In this document: in pieces, positions 59,401-64,000 of the stretch
Position numbering within the stretch: the stretch's first letter is position 1
How the letters are laid out: each line of letters begins with the position of its first letter
DNA from: Diadema antillarum
Lineage: Eukaryota
Length of the DNA stretch: 64,000 bases
Assembly: GCF_040938485.1 (NCBI RefSeq)
Contig: NW_027271190.1
Span: 682,001-746,000, forward strand
Reading direction: 5' to 3'
The notes under the pieces: model-generated
Told to the model about the DNA's origin: nothing
What the model saw: only the letters and a program-made list of their open reading frames with translations
The model's database searches: none
Made by a program: the position numbers and the translations under genes

Positions 59401-62400
59401 AAAAAAAAGATAGACGACAACGTAGTTTGCGAACTTACATTACATTGTGGCTAAATCTTTCAGTTTCACATTATTCCTACGTGAAGCAATCTTACATGTA
59501 TTGAGCACTGCCAGAAATCAAGGTTGAACTGTGCGGCAATGTCACTGCACCTTTCCTTTTATAATATACTGTAGATAGGCACAATGATTTTATTGAATTA
59601 TTGGCTTACCAATTCATTGTCAAATTTTGTTCTTACTTCATAGGCTGCACAGGCGTTTGTCCAAGGGTTACTGTCGTACCTGAAACATGCCGAAAACTGG
59701 CTCGAACTCTTCCTCTACATCGCCGCCATACTCTTCGCACTGCCATTCTCCCGGGTGCAGTACATCAAAGACGGCTTCATCAAGAAGGTGCGTCAGCCAG
59801 CCGCACACTATACGACTCACGACCTTACGACTGACAGACTATGGATCCGAAATAAATCACAGTATCCTCAAAATAAAGTCCGCTTGTTTATTTCAGATCC
59901 AAAGTCTGTCAGTCGTAAGGTCGTGAGTCGTATAGTGTGCGGCGGGCTAGGCTGCTGAGGATTGTTTAAACTTTGATATGGAGAGTTTGATCGCGAAACT
60001 ACTTAACCCCATTTTCGTCAAACTGAGATATTTACAAACAATTAGAGGGTGCTAAAAAACAAAGAAAATATGAAAACATGGAATATATGTAATCATAGCT
60101 TCAAGAATATTCCTTGTTATGTTACAAGTGAGGTATGATTGGAGTGGTTGTATTTTGCTCTATTTGACGATGGACTTACTTTAAAATGTTTAAAATGTTT
60201 AAAAATGACGCGTAGCTCATTTTGCGATGAAACTCTTCATGTGACATGTACAAACCAGTGAATGTAAAAGAGGTGATGTCTGTTGTCTGTATATGCATCT
60301 TTAGCACACTTACCCTCTCTAAGAAGACAAACAAAACAATGATAACGACAACAAAAGCGAGATATTTGACGTCATACTTGTTTGAGTGACGAGGTCATTT
60401 ATTCTATATATCCGCAATTTGATGAATCATCATTGAAACATTGATACCTGTAATCATTTTGTTTGCTTCGAGAAATCAATAAATTCTATCATTTGAAAAA
60501 AAAAATAATTTTGATTGTATCAAAAAAGTCAACTGATGACGTCAAACTGGTCCCCGTTGTTCCCCCTCCTTTATAGAGCTGGCAGTGGGAGTGTGGCTCT
60601 CTGGCTGTCTTCCTCTCGTGGATCAACCTCCTTCTTTTCATCAGAGACACGAAGCTTGGCATCTACGTCATAATGTTCTTAGGTACGTCATCATTTCTGT
60701 AGCCCAATCTGGGCCCCGTTGCATAAAAGTTACGATCAAACGCAAGTCAAGAAGATCAAACGTAAGCCCCAAATGCTCCATTCTGATTGGTAGAAAATCA
60801 AGTTGCGTATGATTTCCTTGACTTGCGTCTGATCGTAACTTTTATTCAACAGGGCCCTGGAGCACTTTAAAGCTTCACTTATGACTCAGATTTTCACCAG
60901 ATGTTCTATTATTATTCAACTTTCTTCGAGGAGTCTGCGCCATTTAATAGAAATGGCTTTAAGCTTTAAAAGTAAATATTTCGAAATCGCCACAAACGAG
61001 AGAAGTATAGTTTTGCCGGATCACCAGATCACGGCCGTTTAGCATGCGCATGTAGAACTTGTTAAACCCACATTGAATACCAAACATCGGCTTTGTTTCC
61101 CTCCAACTTCTTACAGATATCATAAAGACGTTTCTCCGGTTCTGTATCATCCTATTCCTGTTTATCGTAGCTTTCGGTTTGGCGTTTTACACACTGCTCA
61201 TGAACCAGGTAACGTTCATTCCTCAGCATATTCAGTCACGGTTATTTTAATACCATGAAAAATCTCACGTCTTTTTGTCATCGATTTGTATCTCTCTCTC
61301 GCTTTCTCTCTCTATCGTCTCTCCCTCTCTTACTTCAAATGTTTTATAGTTGTAAACAACTGCATAATATGCACGTTTATACTTATATGATTATAATTGT
61401 AATCTGTAGTTTTATTTCAATATCGATAACATCATGCGTACGCATCAGATTGGCAACTGTTGTTGGATTGTTATGCTTAAGTGGGAGTACAAGAGGTGCT
61501 GTTTTGATACCAGTAACAGCTTACTCCGTTTTAGCTCTCCGTCTTTAATTATGGCTGGTTCAGGCCGATGTGCTGTGATGTAAGACCTAAGAGTGTGAGC
61601 AATGCCGTCTACTTCACTTGGGGATATTTCACGAAGAATAGTTAAGAGTGACTTAGAATTACGGTATGCCTTTGGCTTCCCTATTCACTTTTATGTAATG
61701 TTTTCAGAATCCGCTTCAAAATGTTATCAAGATTTTCAACAACAAAAAATTCATTTGTCCCCAATCTTATATTTTATCATATATCGCCTGCATGAAAATT
61801 CTCCAAAATTTGTATTTTATTTTGAAAGTTAGAATATTATCGACGACATACAGTTATAAGTACATTTTAGGTTGCTTATCAGGACAATACCCCGGCTAAA
61901 TACTGGTTAGTGGTAAGGTTAGAGTAAAGATTGGGGTTAGGGTTAGATTTTGGGTTAGATTTTGGGTTAGGGTAAGGATTAGGTTCAGGATTAGGATTTG
62001 GGTTAGGGTCAGAGGGAGGGTCCGGGGTAATTGTCCAGGGGCTAATTGTCGTAGACCCTTTCGGTTGATTGTAAAATCTAAGATCGACTTAAATTTTGTG
62101 AAACACCACCTCGTAACCATCTTCCCCTCCATAGAACCCCTTCAACACCCTCGGCTACTCCATGGCCAAGACGTTCGTCATGATGATTGGCGAGCTGGAC
62201 TTTGCCGACATCTTCTTCGCCCAGAACTACCTGGGTACGGAGAACACCCTGGAGACCGATGGCGAGGCGGCCTACTTCATGAACTTCGTCCCCTACAGCG
62301 GCCTCACCTACGTGGTCTTCACCGTCTTCCTCGTTGTCATGTCCATACTCATGATGAATATGTTGGTAGGTTTTATGTTTCTTTGTTTGTCTTTTTATTT

Positions 62401-62738
62401 CACTTATTTTTTTTTTACTCGAGTAGCTGTAAGTCACATAATCATGATAATGAAAGACAAAAACGTTATAATGGTAGAAATTATCTAACATAATAAGAAG
62501 GAACAATTTCAAGTCATTGACCATGTTGACAATAAACTTTATTTTTTATTTGATAAAAACTCTAAAATTCAAAGTAAGATCGCTATGAATTCAGTAAAAG
62601 TTCGAAAGAAAGAAAGAAAGGACATATAAAATCATTATTTAGTATCTGGCAGCTAAACTATTAGATATCCAAAATCTAGATATCATATCTAAGAAATTAA
62701 TGTAATCACTCAGACATTGATATGCAAAGAAAACATAG

Positions 62739-62797
<59 letters not shown>

Positions 62798-63053
62798 AAA
62801 TAGATAAATGAATAAGTAAATAAATATATAGATGAATAGATAGATGAATAATCAAACATATTAAAAATAGATACATGCATGTACTTCGTTTCTCATTCGT
62901 TTGATTATCACATGACGGAACACGCAAGGTTCGTATTTCATCGTTCGTGTCATTGGTAATATGTTTCTCCCACTTGATATTTAGGTAGGTCTGGCGGTAG
63001 ATGACATCCAAGCTATTCAAGAAAAGGCCAAACTGCACAACCTCACGATGCAG
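35417..63053 (+). CDS. TRPA1: TRPA-b: TRPA1-like channel, 21 coding exons in window (1136 codons), 3' end beyond window
   Basis: Exons 35417-35662, 45414-45630, 46138-46226, 47017-47193, 48092-48301, 49416-49509, 50342-50570, 51384-51573, 52049-52137, 52964-53110, 53642-53762, 54696-54856, 55666-55787, 56659-56796, 57697-57902, 58586-58915, 59644-59787, 60577-60682, 61117-61208, 62135-62365, 62985-63053. All GT-AG, continuous frame. Roughly 15 ankyrin repeats, S1-S6, filter MMIGELDF, VGLAVDD. Symbol means TRPA1-like. Confidence 0.93.
37336..37723. mobile_element. MITE with ~90-bp imperfect inverted arms
   Basis: tcccttatggaacagtacatagtgttaccaca...tgtggtaacactatgattgttccataggga. Confidence 0.75.
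38235..38338 (-). mobile_element. tRNA-derived SINE head
   Basis: Minus strand TGGCAAAGTGG (A box)...GAGTTTGAATCC (B box) then gttttaccc as in the 41845 copy; no intact cloverleaf. Confidence 0.55.
39693..40160. mobile_element. TTAA-flanked MITE family A, copy 2
   Basis: Colinear with 3781-4254; TTAA|AGGAGACCTCC...TGTCCCT|TTAA. Confidence 0.85.
40408..40597. repeat. 38-bp minisatellite, ~5 copies
   Basis: Unit ctcagtgactctcaaattagtcactggtgaccagtctt. Confidence 0.92.
41845..41995 (+). mobile_element. tRNA-derived SINE fragment
   Basis: B box gagttcgaatcc at 41886-41897 followed by gtgttttacccc. Confidence 0.5.
42140..42372. repeat. (TAG/TGG)n low-complexity repeat
   Basis: Direct reading. 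Confidence 0.85.
45414..45630 (+). CDS. TRPA-b exon (ankyrin)
   Basis: ataacag|GLPNFHSTNLE...NSPLHYAALND...GYGA|gtaggt. Confidence 0.92.
46138..46226 (+). CDS. TRPA-b exon (ankyrin)
   Basis: gctcag|NVEDVGEGGRRPLHFAVASRG...DEN|gtaagg. Confidence 0.9.
47017..47193 (+). CDS. TRPA-b exon (ankyrin)
   Basis: ttatcag|PEHQESS...ANGADVNSRDTKGRSTLHIAS...ITLD|gtaagt. Confidence 0.92.
48092..48301 (+). CDS. TRPA-b exon (ankyrin)
   Basis: acacag|DQDRRGMTALAHA...DTPMHIAV...INK|gtaaac. Confidence 0.95.
49416..49509 (+). CDS. TRPA-b exon (ankyrin)
   Basis: cccatag|LLMSQNLRGTIPIYDAVKSGN...MNH|gtaagt. Confidence 0.92.
50342..50570 (+). CDS. TRPA-b exon (ankyrin)
   Basis: ccgcag|..FEHDSDP...DTLVHVAC...ETPLHLAC...LLE|gtgaga. 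Confidence 0.93.
50592..50820. mobile_element. Foldback MITE (~85-bp arms) 21 nt after a donor
   Basis: ggcccgaattcacaaaggtggtac...gtaccaccttcgtgaattcgggcc. Confidence 0.85.
51384..51573 (+). CDS. TRPA-b exon (ankyrin)
   Basis: taccag|GADANIRNSSGHTPLEVAA...NKAETLRK|gtatcc. Confidence 0.93.
52049..52137 (+). CDS. TRPA-b exon (ankyrin)
   Basis: ttcaag|ILDYEFRLHDF...DAVKNNFV|gtacgt; phases 0/2. Confidence 0.88.
52670..52928. repeat. (ATCT)n microsatellite
   Basis: Direct reading. Confidence 0.9.
52964..53110 (+). CDS. TRPA-b exon (ankyrin)
   Basis: ttgtag|TVLVLVRWN...NTPLHYAAEGG...DVNA|gtgagt. Confidence 0.93.
53642..53762 (+). CDS. TRPA-b exon (ankyrin; not in ORF track)
   Basis: atttcag|NYGSTGGTTPLHYAAANGW...RDSEK|gtatgt. 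Confidence 0.93.
54696..54856 (+). CDS. TRPA-b exon (ankyrin; not in ORF track)
   Basis: cctgtag|MTPLHHACANGRF...HNCLDHAIDNDH|gtaagt. Confidence 0.93.
55666..55787 (+). CDS. TRPA-b exon (coupling domain)
   Basis: atag directly after an N-gap|NIARMMMGHKKWRELL...TTPMRKLIVSMP|gtgagc. Confidence 0.9.
56205..56612. repeat. (GAT)n intronic low-complexity repeat
   Basis: Direct reading; ends ~45 nt before acceptor 56658. Confidence 0.9.
56659..56796 (+). CDS. TRPA-b exon (coupling domain)
   Basis: catcag|AVAKIVLDQCIT...EYYFEFLEDAFSSW...DVE|gtaaga. Confidence 0.93.
56823..57026. mobile_element. MITE with internal 16-bp tandem subrepeats
   Basis: agaccgacacccacgagtcatacag... / ...ctgtatgactcatgggtgtcggtct; 3x cccacgagtcatacag at 56832-56879. 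Confidence 0.8.
57697..57902 (+). CDS. TRPA-b exon (variable linker)
   Basis: ttacag|ESRASMNG...HNHPLQIM|gtcagt. Confidence 0.88.
58586..58915 (+). CDS. TRPA-b exon (pre-S1, S1, start of S2)
   Basis: cacag|ASSQHVELLEHPVVGALLKNKY...LNLCRE|gtatgc. Confidence 0.95.
59644..59787 (+). CDS. TRPA-b exon (S2-S3)
   Basis: ttcatag|AAQAFVQGLLSYLKHAENWLELFLY...FIKK|gtgcgt; second in-frame acceptor at 59652. Confidence 0.88.
59981..60238 (+). repeat. Dispersed repeat family D, copy 2
   Basis: Homologous to 13119-13370. Confidence 0.75.
60577..60682 (+). CDS. TRPA-b exon (S4)
   Basis: ttatag|SWQWECGSLAVFLSWINLLLFIRDTKLGIYVIMFL|gtacgt. Confidence 0.95.
60709..60860. mobile_element. Harbinger-like MITE (CTG target duplication)
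   Basis: ctg|ggccccgttgcataaaagttacgatca...tgatcgtaactttattcaacagggcc|ctg. Confidence 0.7.
61117..61208 (+). CDS. TRPA-b exon (S5)
   Basis: ttacag|DIIKTFLRFCIILFLFIVAFGLAFYTLLMNQ|gtaacg. Confidence 0.95.
61878..62058 (-). mobile_element. Second copy of the TTAGGG-like-array element
   Basis: Reverse complement of 17364-17538 with a longer ggttag/gggttag array. Confidence 0.75.
62135..62365 (+). CDS. TRPA-b exon (pore helix, selectivity filter, S6)
   Basis: ccatag|NPFNTLGYSMAKTFVMMIGELDF...VMSILMMNML|gtaggt; 231 nt, phases 0/0. Confidence 0.95.
62985..63053 (+). CDS. TRPA-b exon (TRP-like helix)
   Basis: atttag|VGLAVDDIQAIQEKAKLHNLTMQ|gtacgt. Confidence 0.95.
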
Positions 63054-63207
63054 GTACGTACAACAATACGTATTCTTCACCACCATATTTTTGCAGTCGA
63101 AACCAAACCATTACAATACGATTGATTTTGATATTGACCTATATAGGTTTGACATTCCGCTGACAATGTATCTATGGAACTATGAAAGATATTATGCCCT
63201 GTTGCGA

Positions 63208-63425
63208 CACGGATTGTCGCCCCTACACGGATTGTCGCCTCCTGCTCGGGGCGACAAGCCGTGACGGGCGCTGGCGGCACGGATTGTCGCCCCCTACACG
63301 GATTGTCGCCTGGCGACAATCCGTGACGCTTGTGCAGTTCCCAGTTTTTGACCTCGAAGGCGACAATCCGTGTTGGCAAAAATTTTGTTGCGACACGGAT
63401 TGTCGCCCCGTCACGGATTGTCGCC
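63208..63425. repeat. Bidirectional array of 14-mer CACGGATTGTCGCC (6 direct, 3 inverted)
   Basis: Direct at 63208, 63226, 63278, 63297, 63394, 63412; inverted at 63250 (1 mismatch), 63312, 63359. Confidence 0.9.
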
Positions 63426-63490
63426 CTGGGCTCGGGGTGGTTCCTCCGGTGTTAAGCTTTGGTGGGATGGGTATGACTGGTAAGTTATGC

Positions 63491-63493
<3 letters not shown>

Positions 63494-63548
<55 letters not shown>

Positions 63549-63625
63549 GTGTGTATTGTGAGCTGCATGATATGTGATGTGTATGATTTGTTGTGTGTGT
63601 GTGTGTGTGTTTGTGTGTGTGTTTG
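63494..63625. repeat. (GT)n microsatellite; other simple repeats at ~39275, ~44760, ~46415, ~49331, ~51090, ~53181, ~62737
   Basis: Direct reading. Confidence 0.9.
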
Positions 63626-64000
63626 GAGTAATAATACAATATGTAAAAACTGTGCATGTGTGGTGGTTACATAGTGGTAGTGGTTTGCTTGTCTGTGTGT
63701 ATACGTGTGCCTGTATGTTTACGTGTGTATGTGGAATATAGTGGCGCTACTGTGGCAATACAAACGCCTTCAGAGTGTATGAGCACGTGTTTAAAGAATT
63801 CACACCAGCGTTGATCTAAAAATAGTATGGGTGTGTCAACCAAATATCAGCGGTGAGGCGGGCTAGGCGAGAGAGAGACCGAGAGAAAATACATACGAGG
63901 GAGGTACCCTCCTCAAATGTTATTTGTCTTTGTTCATTTTTCCCTGCAGTCATTTTCTTCCATCAGTCTTATAAACTAGAACGTCCATACCACTATTCTT

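Noticed and set aside
62078-62524. 148-aa minus-strand ORF and 142-aa plus-strand alternative frame over the pore exon
   Set aside because: Alternative-frame shadows of the TRPA-b pore exon.
5440-63053. Assignment to TRPN/NOMPC or TRPC
   Set aside because: About 15 ankyrin repeats rather than ~29 or 3-4, and the coupling-domain, filter and GLAVxD motifs match TRPA.
63077-63657. ORFs over the 14-mer array and (GT)n tract
   Set aside because: Repeat-derived; no channel homology. The next TRPA-b exon is expected beyond or at the window edge.

Overview
Eukaryotic (metazoan) genomic DNA with AT-rich introns, GC/CpG-rich exons, many microsatellites and six N-gaps. An echinoderm such as a sea urchin is my inference only. 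The window holds two tandem, same-strand (+) TRPA1-like ankyrin/TRP channel genes, rebuilt exon by exon from splice sites and reading phase. TRPA-a runs ~5440-25620: 19 intact coding exons, 5' end unresolved, and a pore exon that breaks off at the selectivity filter so S6 is absent. TRPA-b runs 35417->63053: 21 coding exons, intact pore, and it continues past the window end. Their intron positions and phases match one to one but the proteins are strongly diverged. TRPA-a also has a 144-aa Gly/Ser/acidic insertion in the ankyrin stack, a probable GC-AG intron and a Cys-rich C-tail. By eye alignment, both paralogs lack the equivalents of human TRPA1 C621 and C665. Introns and the intergenic spacer carry TTAA-flanked (Kolobok/T2-type) MITEs, pogo- and Harbinger-like MITEs, an L2 LINE 3' end, tRNA-derived SINE heads, an element with a TTAGGG-like array, a 38-bp minisatellite and a bidirectional 14-mer array. 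Most ORF-track entries are antisense shadows, microsatellites or gap artefacts.
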